From: Candidatus Nealsonbacteria bacterium
GTDB lineage: Bacteria > Patescibacteriota > Minisyncoccia > Minisyncoccales > RBG-13-42-11
Length of the DNA: 64,000 bases
Direction: 5' to 3'
Assembly: GCA_019923655.1 (NCBI GenBank)
Contig: JAHXGL010000001.1
Span: 3,653 to 67,652 of the forward strand
Both the position numbers and the translations under genes were made by a program. Numbering within the stretch: the stretch's first letter is position 1; each line of letters opens with the position of its first letter. This document shows, one piece after another, positions 27,605 to 35,780 of the stretch. The notes under the pieces are model-generated. The model was not told the origin of the DNA. It did not search any database and saw only the letters and a list, made by a program, of their open reading frames with translations.

Positions 27605-28786
27605 TTAAAAAGCTAACTTTTGTTGATTTGCTGGTGCTAAATTACGAATATCAATTTTTTCAAATTTAATTTCAGACATAGATTCAGATTTTCCATTTTT
27701 GTCTATTAAAAATAAGTATTCCTTATTTTTTCCGTTAGTATTGTTAATCCATTCGTTGGTTGTCCGAGTTATTGTCGCCATTACATTTTTTCTGTAATCC
27801 ATTTCAAAAATAGAGATTTTTTTCTTCAAATTTTTTAGTATGTCTTTTATTGCTTGAAAGGTAGCCCTGCCATTATTGTTATAAGATAAAACCACATATT
27901 TTGCCGGAGTATTCTTTATCAATTTTTCTATCGCTTCAATAACAATATATTGTCCCTCATCATTTTTTCTAAACTCCTCAAAAATAGAACCGGAAATTGT
28001 ATCGCCAACATCCTCTCGCCTATTCGCTACGCCAACTAATTTTGGTTTATCGTTCAAGCAAATAGTTTTCCAAATATGATAATAAGAGGCGTATCTCACG
28101 CGAGAGGGCGGCATTAACTCATTTGAAGAACCATAAGGAGGGTCGTAATACGCTAAATCCACTTCAATATCATTTACTAAATCAAAAATATCTTTTTGAT
28201 AAACTTGATGTTGTTTGTCATCAATAATTAAACGAGGCACTTCCATTTTCATCGTGTTGTAGGCGCGGGGAGCCCATTTTTTCAAATACGAAACTTGATG
28301 ACCAACAGAACTATCGACCTTATCCATTGCTATAATTAAACTGGTAAGTAAGACCGACTTTTCAATTTTATCTTTTGTGATTTTATCAATCTCTTCTCTT
28401 ATTGCGTCCAGTTTTTTGGTATTATGTAATTGCCAAATCCTTTTTCTGCCGTCTTTTTGAATGGCAGAGCCGCCGTTCGGTTCGCCGCCGTAATTTTCCG
28501 AGAACCAGCCATATTTTCCGGGTAAATTATTTAGGTGATTTATAAGTGGTAAATAATAACTCGCGGATCTTTTATTCAATAAATAACACTCTCCAAATAT
28601 TTTTGACCAATCAGAAATATCATTAGCGTAGACGGCATAGCCAGCTTGTTTTAATGCTTGAGAAACCCTTGTCGTGCCAGAAAAACCATCTAAAACCGTT
28701 TTTATATTTAACGGCTTTATCAACTCCAACAAAACAGGGAGTATTTCTCTTTTAGAACCAGTATATTTTATGCCCTGTGTTTCCAT
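27605..28786 (-). CDS. Alpha-class (D12/Dam-like) N6-adenine DNA methyltransferase (M2) with a C-terminal extension
   Basis: KYTGSK, DGFSGTT (motif I), then YYDPPYGSS (motif IV). Confidence 0.88.
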   Translation of the reverse strand: METQGIKYTGSKREILPVLLELIKPLNIKTVLDGFSGTTRVSQALKQAGYAVYANDISDWSKIFGECYLLNKRSASYYLPLINHLNNLPGKYGWFSENYGGEPNGGSAIQKDGRKRIWQLHNTKKLDAIREEIDKITKDKIEKSVLLTSLIIAMDKVDSSVGHQVSYLKKWAPRAYNTMKMEVPRLIIDDKQHQVYQKDIFDLVNDIEVDLAYYDPPYGSSNELMPPSRVRYASYYHIWKTICLNDKPKLVGVANRREDVGDTISGSIFEEFRKNDEGQYIVIEAIEKLIKNTPAKYVVLSYNNNGRATFQAIKDILKNLKKKISIFEMDYRKNVMATITRTTNEWINNTNGKNKEYLFLIDKNGKSESMSEIKFEKIDIRNLAPANQQKLAF

Positions 28787-28858
28787 AAGCTAAAATTAAT
28801 AGATTATTCTCTAATATCATTTTAGCATTTTTTATTGTTTTGGTCTATTTAACGAGGG

Positions 28859-29665
28859 CTAAAAAAAATACTTTAATATTTTTTCGTGTGTATCTTTACG
28901 AGAAACAAGAATTTTAGCGATTAAAGCAATGAGCGGCTCATTGATTTTATAACCGCCAGTGAGTAGCTCTTTGAAAAATGGCTCAGCATTTTCCGTGTGC
29001 GTCCACATTCCGCGTTGTAAAGCATTGGCTTTTGCGTCGCCGTATCTAACCTCAAAAATATAATTATTTTTGTTATCAAAAAATTTATAAATCGGAAATG
29101 TCTTTTTTCTACCCATTTTTCGCGGTGGTAAAAATTTTATTTTCTTAACGGAAGAATATGCTCTTTGTAAGTCAAAAACTATCACTTTAAATCTCATTTC
29201 CCTTTCATTATAAATCAATGGTAAAACATTAACGGCGGTAAAATCTTTAAAGCATTTATTATTTAAAATCTGTTTTATTTTTGTGAGATCGTTTGTCGCT
29301 CGTTTTCCAACTTCTGTTTGTAAAAGAGAAAACATTGACCCGTCTTTATTTGTTGAAAGTTGAAGCGGGCCAAATCCGTAAGTTTTTATACTAATAGGAA
29401 TTTCTTTTTTGGTGCTGGTTTCAGTAATTCTTATATCTTCTTCAAATTCTTTCGCCCGAAATTTTTCTTTGCCTGTATGTTTTGCTGAATAACCGCCAAC
29501 ATATTGATTTATGTATTCCGTAAGAGCAATTTCCGCAAGATCGCCATGCGTTTTATTCCCGATAATTCTCATCGAAAAAACATTACCCAAGACATTAAAA
29601 ATCATCGGGTCTTTACCGCTGAAACTTTTAACAAATTTTGTTAGGAATTTATCAAATGATGACAT
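28859..29665 (-). CDS. Putative type II restriction endonuclease (R2)
   Basis: 268 aa between HTH-2 and M2; candidate acidic/Lys motif GDLAEI...EEDIRI...ISIKT. No family recognised. Confidence 0.55.
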   Translation of the reverse strand: MSSFDKFLTKFVKSFSGKDPMIFNVLGNVFSMRIIGNKTHGDLAEIALTEYINQYVGGYSAKHTGKEKFRAKEFEEDIRITETSTKKEIPISIKTYGFGPLQLSTNKDGSMFSLLQTEVGKRATNDLTKIKQILNNKCFKDFTAVNVLPLIYNEREMRFKVIVFDLQRAYSSVKKIKFLPPRKMGRKKTFPIYKFFDNKNNYIFEVRYGDAKANALQRGMWTHTENAEPFFKELLTGGYKINEPLIALIAKILVSRKDTHEKILKYFF

Positions 29666-29754
29666 AATTAAAAATCGCTAAAAAATCAGGCAATTTTAAA
29701 TTAAGCGCTTTTGCCACTTTTTCTATATTTTCTAAAGTTATATTTTTTTCTGCT

Positions 29755-29967
29755 TTAAACAAAATTACCAATATCTTTTTTATAAATTTTTGCTAACTCT
29801 TTTAATTCGGTAATATCAACCCTTCTCTCGCCTCTTTCTATTTTTGAAATGTAAGATTGGGGCTTTTTTAATCTTTGAGCCACATCTTCTTGTTTTAGGC
29901 GAACAGCTAAGCCGAGCCAGTTTTCCCGTACAAAGCGGCGCGAAGCGCCGCCGAAACAGCAAGCCAA
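29755..29967 (-). CDS. XRE/C-protein-like HTH (HTH-2); start uncertain (TTG at 29967 or GTG at 29883)
   Basis: LKQEDVAQRLKKPQSYISKIERGERRVDITELKELAKIY. The track ORF extends spuriously into tRNA-Gly. Confidence 0.6.
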   Translation of the reverse strand: MACCFGGASRRFVRENWLGLAVRLKQEDVAQRLKKPQSYISKIERGERRVDITELKELAKIYKKDIGNFV

Positions 29968-29996
29968 AAATCCGAAAGTCAAATCTTGGAGCGGGT
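29909..29996. repeat. Direct repeat copy 2 (88 bp), including the genuine 3' end of tRNA-Gly
   Basis: See copy 1. The core is at 29909-29957, with the hairpin at 29935-29951. Confidence 0.9.
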
Positions 29997-30061
29997 GAGC
30001 GGAGTCGAACCGCCTTCTCAATCTTGGCAAGATTGCATAATAACCGTTATACTACACCCGC
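29987..30061 (-). tRNA. tRNA-Gly(GCC), CCA encoded
   Basis: GCGGGTG acceptor, anticodon loop TTGCCAA, T-loop TTCGACT, ...CACCCGCTCCA. Confidence 0.85.
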
Positions 30062-30069
30062 ATTACTTA

Positions 30070-30141
30070 TGCCGCGGGCCGGTAACGCTCCGGCCACCCC
30101 TTCTTTTTCAGAGAAGTGCTCTACTTCTGAGCTACCGCGGC
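30070..30141 (-). tRNA. tRNA-Phe(GAA) with a non-canonical D-loop (AGAAGTA) and T-loop (AGCGTTA)
   Basis: All four stems are perfect: GCCGCGG/CCGCGGC, GCTC/GAGC, CTTCT/AGAAG, GCCGG/CCGGC. Anticodon loop CTGAAAA. Confidence 0.7.
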
Positions 30142-30145
30142 AGTG

Positions 30146-30219
30146 TGGGCGCGTCCTGACTCGAACAGGAGGCCTTCTCGGTGTAAACGAGACGCTCTAA
30201 CCAACTGAGCTACGCGCCC
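30146..30219 (-). tRNA. tRNA-Val(UAC)
   Basis: GGGCGCG acceptor, D-loop AGTTGGTTA, anticodon loop TTTACAC, T-loop TTCGAGT. Confidence 0.9.
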
Positions 30220-30222
30220 ATT

Positions 30223-30308
30223 TGGTGCGCGGGAGAGGACTTGAACCTCCACGTCCATAAGGACACTAGCACCTCAAGCTAGCCTGGCTACCATTACAGC
30301 ACCCGCGC
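30223..30308 (-). tRNA. tRNA-Leu(GAG), long variable arm, CCA encoded
   Basis: GCGCGGG acceptor, anticodon loop TTGAGGT, T-loop TTCAAGT, ...CCCGCGCACCA. Confidence 0.9.
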
Positions 30309-30716
30309 TCATTCTGTTATTTTAACAAACTCTTTTTTCTTTAATCTTGCTTTCTTCCCTTTAGCTGTTCTTAAATAATAAAGTTTTGCCCTTCTCACTT
30401 TTCCTCGTTTTATTATTTCTATTTTTTCTATAGTCGGTAAATGAATAGGAAAAATTCTTTCTACCCCAATTCCGGAAAGGACTTTCCTTGTTGTGATAGT
30501 TGCTCCTATTTCTTTTCCGTGTTTTATAGCGATTACCAATCCTTCAAAAATCTGAATTCTTTCCTTGATTTCTTTTTCTTTAGAGGACTTGGATTTGCTT
30601 TTCTTCGGCGTTTCTTTAATTTTTTGATAAATTCGAACAGTATCTCCTGGTCGGATATCAGGCAACTTCGTTCTTAATTGTGATTTTATGAAGTTTTCTA
30701 ATTTAGTGTTCATCAA
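30309..30716 (-). CDS. rplS: 50S ribosomal protein L19
   Basis: [13 protein letters not shown]...[14 protein letters not shown]...[17 protein letters not shown]; the TGA stop abuts the tRNA-Leu 5' end. Confidence 0.93.
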   Translation of the reverse strand: MMNTKLENFIKSQLRTKLPDIRPGDTVRIYQKIKETPKKSKSKSSKEKEIKERIQIFEGLVIAIKHGKEIGATITTRKVLSGIGVERIFPIHLPTIEKIEIIKRGKVRRAKLYYLRTAKGKKARLKKKEFVKITE

Positions 30717-31330
30717 CTTAAGTTATTTAATATTTCTTCTAATTCTTCAGGCAGGATTGAATTAAACTCCTTTAATTCTTTGTCGGGCAGTTTTATCTTT
30801 AGGTAGCTGGCGTGCAAGAATTGTCTTTTTAGGCCTTGAGGAATTGGCTGATTTTTTAAGCCATACATTTTGTCTCCGGCAATTGGATGCGACAAATAAC
30901 TAAAATGAGCTCTGATTTGATGTTTTCTGCCTGTTTTCGGTTCAACCTCAATTAAAGTATATTTTTTGAATTTTTGCAAGACCCTGTATTTGGTTATTGC
31001 TTTTCTTTTTCCTTCAGCTTTGGGACCATGGTCCAGATAGACTTTTTGTTTTCTTCTGTCTTGGGGCGAGCGGCCAAGCAAAGTTTCAACTATCCCTTCT
31101 TTGTTTTTAAGGTGTCCCACAATTAAAGCTATATATTTTTTGACTACTTTTCTGTTTTTGAATTGTTCTTGTAAAAATTCTAAAGTTTTGTCATTCTTGG
31201 CGATTAAAAGTATTCCCGAAGTGTCTTTGTCTAATCTATGAGCTCTTTTTTCAAAATTATCGGAATTTATGCCTGCTGGCTTGGCAATCGCCAAAACATT
31301 TTCATCTTCATAGATTTTTTTCATTTTCAT
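30713..31330 (-). CDS. RluA-family pseudouridine synthase (catalytic domain only)
   Basis: [16 protein letters not shown] catalytic motif and [11 protein letters not shown]. The start is taken at MKMKKIY because the upstream part of the track ORF is tRNA sequence. Confidence 0.85.
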   Translation of the reverse strand: MKMKKIYEDENVLAIAKPAGINSDNFEKRAHRLDKDTSGILLIAKNDKTLEFLQEQFKNRKVVKKYIALIVGHLKNKEGIVETLLGRSPQDRRKQKVYLDHGPKAEGKRKAITKYRVLQKFKKYTLIEVEPKTGRKHQIRAHFSYLSHPIAGDKMYGLKNQPIPQGLKRQFLHASYLKIKLPDKELKEFNSILPEELEEILNNLS

Positions 31331-31331
31331 A

Positions 31332-31405
31332 TGGGCAATGCAGGGTTTGAACCTGCGACCTCTACCGTGTCGAGGTAGCGCTCTGACCAACTGAGCTAAT
31401 TGCCC
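31332..31405 (-). tRNA. tRNA-Val(GAC)
   Basis: GGGCAAT acceptor, anticodon loop TCGACAC, T-loop TTCAAAC. Confidence 0.9.
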
Positions 31406-31441
31406 CTGGTATGGGCGTGCCAGACAAAAGTATGGTTCTAG

Positions 31442-31516
31442 TGGGCATGCCAGGACTCGAACCTGGAAACCGCCAAGATATAAGCTTGGTGCTCTAACCA
31501 ATTGAGCTACATGCCC
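31442..31516 (-). tRNA. tRNA-Ile(UAU) (AUA-decoding), with a variable region one nt longer than standard
   Basis: GGGCATG acceptor, D-loop AATTGGTTA, anticodon loop CTTATAT, T-loop TTCGAGT. Confidence 0.75.
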
Positions 31517-31524
31517 TTTCTAAA

Positions 31525-31563
31525 CCCGTTATTAGATTTGCTTCGCAATTATCTAACAACGGG
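31525..31563 (-). terminator. Imperfect long hairpin with a GCGAAGC apex (minus strand) overlapping the ftsH stop
   Basis: cccgttattagatttgc-ttc-gcaattatctaacaacggg read directly. Confidence 0.45.
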
Positions 31564-33487
31564 TAACCCGTTTGATTTTTACTTTTATTGATTCTTTTTT
31601 TTGCGATTTTTGAAGTATAGGTTTTTCTAATGTTTCAGTTTTCTTTTTCTTTATTAGTCCTTCAAACTCTTCTTTTTCAATTATTTCTTTTGTGATCAAA
31701 GTCCTGGCAATTCTCTCAAGCAATTTTTTCTTTTTGATTAAAATTTGGTTGGCCTGAATTTCCGCATTTTTAATAAATTTGGTCACCTCTTTGTCAATCT
31801 GGGCAGACACTTTTTCAGAATAATTTTTTTGTTCAGAAATTTCTCTTCCCAAGAAAACCAGTTCTTCTTTTTCTCCAAAAGAAATAGGGCCCAAGCAAGA
31901 CATTCCGTATTCTTTGACTAATTTTCTTGCCAGATAAGACGCCCTTTCCAGGTCATTGGTCGCGCCGGTTGTAATTTCGTTAAACTTTAATTTTTCAGCG
32001 CAAAAGCCGCCCAATAAAGTAGCTATTTCAGACAAGAAAGCAGTCTTTGTTTTGATTTTTCTTTCTTCGGACGGCATTTTTAAGGTGTAGCCGGCAGCCG
32101 CGCCCCTGGCAATAATTGAAATTTTCCTGATCGGCTCTGTCTGGGGTAAATTAGCGGAAACTAAGGCATGGCCTGCTTCATGAAAAGCGGCAATTTCTTT
32201 TTCTGTTTTTGATAAAATATGGCTTTTTCTTTCCGGTCCCAGCAAGACCTTTTCAATTGATTCTAAAAGTTCTTCCTGAAAAACCTGTTGCTTGTTTTTT
32301 CTGGCAGCTAAAATAGCCGCCTCGTTAACCACATTTGCCAGATCAGCTCCGGAAAAACCAGGAGTTCTTTCAGCCACTTCTCTTAACTTAACATCTAAAG
32401 ACAAGGGCTTGCCTTGAGAGTGAATTTTCAAAATTTCTTCCCGGTCATTAATGTCGGGAATGTCTAAAATTACTTTTCTGTCAAACCTGCCTGGCCGTAA
32501 AAGAGCTGGATCAAGGACATCCCCTCTATTAGTGGCGCTGATAATGATAACATTGGTGTCTCTTTCAAAACCATCCATTTCTACTAAAATTTGATTTAAG
32601 GTTTGTTCTCTTTCATCATGACCTCCGCCGATTCCTGTTCCTCTTATGCGGCCAATTGCGTCTAATTCATCAATAAAAATAATAGCTGGGGCCGCTTTTT
32701 TGGCAGTTGAAAAGAGATCCCTTACTCGGCTTGAGCCTATACCGACGAAAAGTTCAATAAATTCTGAACCGGAAATTGAAAAGAATGGCGCATTAGCTTG
32801 TCCAGCCACGGCTCTTGCTAATAAAGTTTTTCCTGTACCAGGAGGACCTAAAAGTAAAACTCCCCTGGGTATTTTAGCTCCCATTTGCAGATATTTTTTC
32901 GGATTTTTCAAAAAATCAACCACTTCCATTAATTCTTGTTTTGCTTCTTTCAAACCAGCCACGTCTTTGAAAGTGATTTTTTCTTTGGGATGGCCTTCGG
33001 CGCCGAATAATTTAATTCTGGCTTTGGAAAAATTAAACGCCTGCATTGCCCCGGCTTTTGCCTGCCGGAAAATAAAAAAGAAAAATAAGCCGAAAAGCAA
33101 AAGCGGAAATAAAAGCAATAAAACCGGTCCAAGCCAGATTCCAATGCCTTTCTCTTCTTTTGCTATAATATCTAATTCTTTTAATTTGGTCGGAGAAACA
33201 CCAAGATTGATTAAAGTTTCCAAAAGAGAAATTTCTATTTCTTTTCTGGAGATTGCTTTTAGGTATTCTTCCGCTTCTTGATAAGTTATTTGGAGCTCGC
33301 TGCCGATAATGATAATTTCTTTCACTTGCCCGGCATTAATTTTTGTTGCTAGTTCGGTTAAAGAAATTTCCTTTGCGTGTTCGGCTGGTCTGAAAACCAC
33401 GGTATAAATGCCGGCAATAATCAGGAAAATCAGAAAGATAAATATCAAGTTTTTGAAAAAATATTTCATAGCTTTTATGAAATCCAA
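31553..33487 (-). CDS. ftsH: ATP-dependent zinc metalloprotease FtsH
   Basis: GPPGTGKT Walker A, DEID Walker B, SRH region, HEAGHA zinc site, N-terminal TM helices. Confidence 0.97.
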   Translation of the reverse strand: MDFIKAMKYFFKNLIFIFLIFLIIAGIYTVVFRPAEHAKEISLTELATKINAGQVKEIIIIGSELQITYQEAEEYLKAISRKEIEISLLETLINLGVSPTKLKELDIIAKEEKGIGIWLGPVLLLLFPLLLFGLFFFFIFRQAKAGAMQAFNFSKARIKLFGAEGHPKEKITFKDVAGLKEAKQELMEVVDFLKNPKKYLQMGAKIPRGVLLLGPPGTGKTLLARAVAGQANAPFFSISGSEFIELFVGIGSSRVRDLFSTAKKAAPAIIFIDELDAIGRIRGTGIGGGHDEREQTLNQILVEMDGFERDTNVIIISATNRGDVLDPALLRPGRFDRKVILDIPDINDREEILKIHSQGKPLSLDVKLREVAERTPGFSGADLANVVNEAAILAARKNKQQVFQEELLESIEKVLLGPERKSHILSKTEKEIAAFHEAGHALVSANLPQTEPIRKISIIARGAAAGYTLKMPSEERKIKTKTAFLSEIATLLGGFCAEKLKFNEITTGATNDLERASYLARKLVKEYGMSCLGPISFGEKEELVFLGREISEQKNYSEKVSAQIDKEVTKFIKNAEIQANQILIKKKKLLERIARTLITKEIIEKEEFEGLIKKKKTETLEKPILQKSQKKESIKVKIKRVTRC

Positions 33488-33489
33488 AA

Positions 33490-34545
33490 TTAAGGCTCCA
33501 ATTTTTTTAAGTTTATTCGATACTCTTTTGGATTAATTAATAAAATTTGGAAATTGTATTTTTTGTCTATTTCTAAAGCTGTTTCCATTTTTGACTTTGT
33601 GCCGAATTCAGAAATATGACAAAGCCCCTGGATTTTTGAAGCAAGCTGGACAAAAGCGCCGTAAGGATTAAATTTAATTACTTTTCCTTTAATGATGTCT
33701 CCCGGCTTATATTTTTTTTCAATTTCTTCCCAGGGATTTTTTTTCAGGGCTTTCAAGGACAGAAAAATTTTTGCTTCAGAGATAGAAATAATTTTCGCTT
33801 TTATTTTTTCTCCAAGTTTAACTATTTCTTCCGGAGATTCAACTATCTGCCATGCCAATTCCGAGATATGAATCAGTCCTTCAAGGTTTTCTTTGGTAAG
33901 TTTTATAAAAACACCAAAGTTAGTAATGCCGCTTACCTCTCCCTTAACAATATCTCCATTCTTATAGTTTTTTAAGAGCTGTTTTATCGCTTCATTTTCT
34001 TTTGATTTTTCCGAAAAAATGATTTTCTTTTCTTTGGGATTAAGGTTAAAAATTTCTACCTCCATTTCTTTTCCGATAAATTTCTGAAGTTCTTCCAAAA
34101 CCTTAAAAGCGCCGCCCTTTTCTACTCTCGGGTAATGTTTTGTTGATAATTGGGAAACAGGCAGGAAACCGGGAAGGCCGGAAAATTTTGTAAGCAGCCC
34201 GCCTTTATTGGCTCCTAAAATCTTAATTAATATCAACTCTTTTTTTTCTTTTTTTTCTCGGAGTTTTTCCCATGTTAATTCAATAGAGGCCTGATTTAGG
34301 GAAAGCTCGATATAGCCGTCTTCGTTTTCCAAGTCAATAATTTTAACAAAGAGCGTCTCGCCAATTTTTAAATTTTTAATCCGTTCTTTAATTTCCTGAA
34401 ATTCTTTTCCGTAGATTATTCCTGTTCCCAAAGCTTGTAAGTCCAGAAAAAGGGCCGAGGGCGTCTTGTTAATAATTTTTCCTTCAACAATTTTGCCTGG
34501 CTGGGCCGGTTTCAATAATGGGTTTTGTTCTAATGTATTTTTCAT
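33490..34545 (-). CDS. S1 RNA-binding domain protein (ribosomal protein S1-like, four S1 repeats)
   Basis: Repeated G.IV.G.V..I..FG.F(I/V).L motifs. Confidence 0.8.
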   Translation of the reverse strand: MKNTLEQNPLLKPAQPGKIVEGKIINKTPSALFLDLQALGTGIIYGKEFQEIKERIKNLKIGETLFVKIIDLENEDGYIELSLNQASIELTWEKLREKKEKKELILIKILGANKGGLLTKFSGLPGFLPVSQLSTKHYPRVEKGGAFKVLEELQKFIGKEMEVEIFNLNPKEKKIIFSEKSKENEAIKQLLKNYKNGDIVKGEVSGITNFGVFIKLTKENLEGLIHISELAWQIVESPEEIVKLGEKIKAKIISISEAKIFLSLKALKKNPWEEIEKKYKPGDIIKGKVIKFNPYGAFVQLASKIQGLCHISEFGTKSKMETALEIDKKYNFQILLINPKEYRINLKKLEP

Positions 34546-34568
34546 TAGTTTTTATTTTACTTCTTTTT

Positions 34569-34597
34569 TTGATTTTTGGCAAGAGATGTGCTATAAT
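34569..34597 (+). promoter_or_regulatory. Putative promoter: TTGATT, 17 nt, TGcTATAAT (extended -10)
   Basis: Read directly, 22 nt upstream of the ATG at 34619. Confidence 0.5.
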
Positions 34598-34618
34598 TTC
34601 TTGTAAGAAGCAAAAATT

Positions 34619-35383
34619 ATGAATATTATTTGGCACGGACAATCTTGTTTTCAAATTACTATCCAGAAAGGGAAAAACAATTTGGTCAATATTGTTATTG
34701 ATCCTTTTGATGAAACAATTGGCTTGCGAGTTCCCAAGCTGGAGGCCGATATTTTATTAGTTTCTCATAGCCACGCAGACCACAACAATAGAAAAGCAGT
34801 GGTCTCCCCGGCAGGATCAGGGCAAGTTCCTTTTTTAGTTGACGGCCCGGGTGAATATGAAGTAAAAGGAGTTTTCATTCAAGGGATTGATTCATATCAT
34901 GATTCTTTACTTGGCAGAGAAAGGGGATTAAACACCATTTATATTATTGAAGCTGAAGAAATGAAGATTTGCCACCTTGGAGATTTAGGACAAAAAGAAT
35001 TGACCGATGAACAAATTGAGAAGATTAACGAGGTTGATATTTTAATGATTCCGATTGGCGGTCTCTTTACAATTTCAGCCAAAGAGGCAATGAAAATAAT
35101 CTCTCAAATTGAGCCCAGGATCGTTGTCCCGATGCATTATTGCCTTCCAAAGCTAAAAATAGAGGGATTAGAAGATTTAGATAAATTTTTTAAAGCAATC
35201 GGAATAAAAAAAATAGAACCTTTGTCAAAGCTTTCTATTAAGAAAAAAGATATTTCGTCGGAAGAAGCGAGGATAATAGTCTTCCAAATCCGAAAGGATT
35301 TGGAAACGAAGTCTTCCAAACTTCAAAGAAATTTGGAAACGAAGTCTTCCAAATCCGAAAAAATTTGGAAACGAAGTTTTTAG
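34619..35383 (+). CDS. MBL-fold metal-dependent hydrolase (UPF0173-like) with a repeat-encoded C-terminal tail
   Basis: VSHSHADHNN metal motif. The last ~31 codons (IRKDLETKSSKLQRNLETKSSKSEKIWKRSF) come from palindromic units. Confidence 0.75.
   Translation: MNIIWHGQSCFQITIQKGKNNLVNIVIDPFDETIGLRVPKLEADILLVSHSHADHNNRKAVVSPAGSGQVPFLVDGPGEYEVKGVFIQGIDSYHDSLLGRERGLNTIYIIEAEEMKICHLGDLGQKELTDEQIEKINEVDILMIPIGGLFTISAKEAMKIISQIEPRIVVPMHYCLPKLKIEGLEDLDKFFKAIGIKKIEPLSKLSIKKKDISSEEARIIVFQIRKDLETKSSKLQRNLETKSSKSEKIWKRSF
35280..35376. repeat. Three tandem 32-33-nt palindromic units (TCTTCCAAAyC-loop-rATTTGGAAACGAAG)
   Basis: Units at 35280-35311, 35312-35344 and 35345-35376, read directly. Confidence 0.9.
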
Positions 35384-35396
35384 GTCCCAATAAAAA

Positions 35397-35780
35397 ATGC
35401 TGCGGAAATTACAAAAACAACCTGAACAAGTGAAAAAAATTATACTTTGGTTTGTGGTAATTATTATTGGAATTGTTTTGCTGAATTTTTGGGCAAGGAG
35501 CGTAGGGGAAAGAATGAGAGAATTTCAAGCAGAAGAACTTGATAAAAAATGGAGATTGCCAGAAATTGAAATGCCGGTTTTGGAAATTCCGGAAATTCCG
35601 GAGATTCCGTCGGATATTACCCCGGAGGAATTTTTAAAGAAATTAAAGGAGTTAATGCCAGAACTTCCGGAACAAGAATGGAAACGAATAGAAGAAAGAT
35701 TAAAAGAGATACCGGAACAAGAATGGAAACAGATAGAAGAAAGATTAAAAAAAACAGACGAGACATTAAAAAATGGCTAA
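35397..35780 (+). CDS. Small membrane-anchored protein with a tandem PEQEWK.IEERLK repeat
   Basis: N-terminal TM helix; 45-nt direct nucleotide repeat; overlaps the gyrA start by 8 nt. Confidence 0.5.
   Translation: MLRKLQKQPEQVKKIILWFVVIIIGIVLLNFWARSVGERMREFQAEELDKKWRLPEIEMPVLEIPEIPEIPSDITPEEFLKKLKELMPELPEQEWKRIEERLKEIPEQEWKQIEERLKKTDETLKNG

Noticed and set aside
24972-29996. Looking for an integrase, transposase or phage genes to explain the island
   Set aside because: None of the ORFs in or next to the island shows tyrosine or serine recombinase, DDE or HUH motifs. The mobility mechanism remains unexplained rather than assigned.
29844-30200. 118-aa plus-strand ORF, and the N-terminal part of minus-strand ORF 29755..30030
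   Set aside because: Both read through tRNA-Gly, tRNA-Phe and tRNA-Val gene sequence, so the tRNA assignment explains the region.
31331-31501. N-terminal 57 codons of track ORF 30713..31501
   Set aside because: This stretch is tRNA-Val(GAC) and tRNA-Ile(UAU) sequence. The RluA-family domain starts at the internal Met at 31330.
35280-35376. Tandem 32-33-nt repeat arrays (also 39764-39867) as possible CRISPR arrays
   Set aside because: The units are directly adjacent with no unique spacers, each unit is itself the palindrome, and no cas genes are present.
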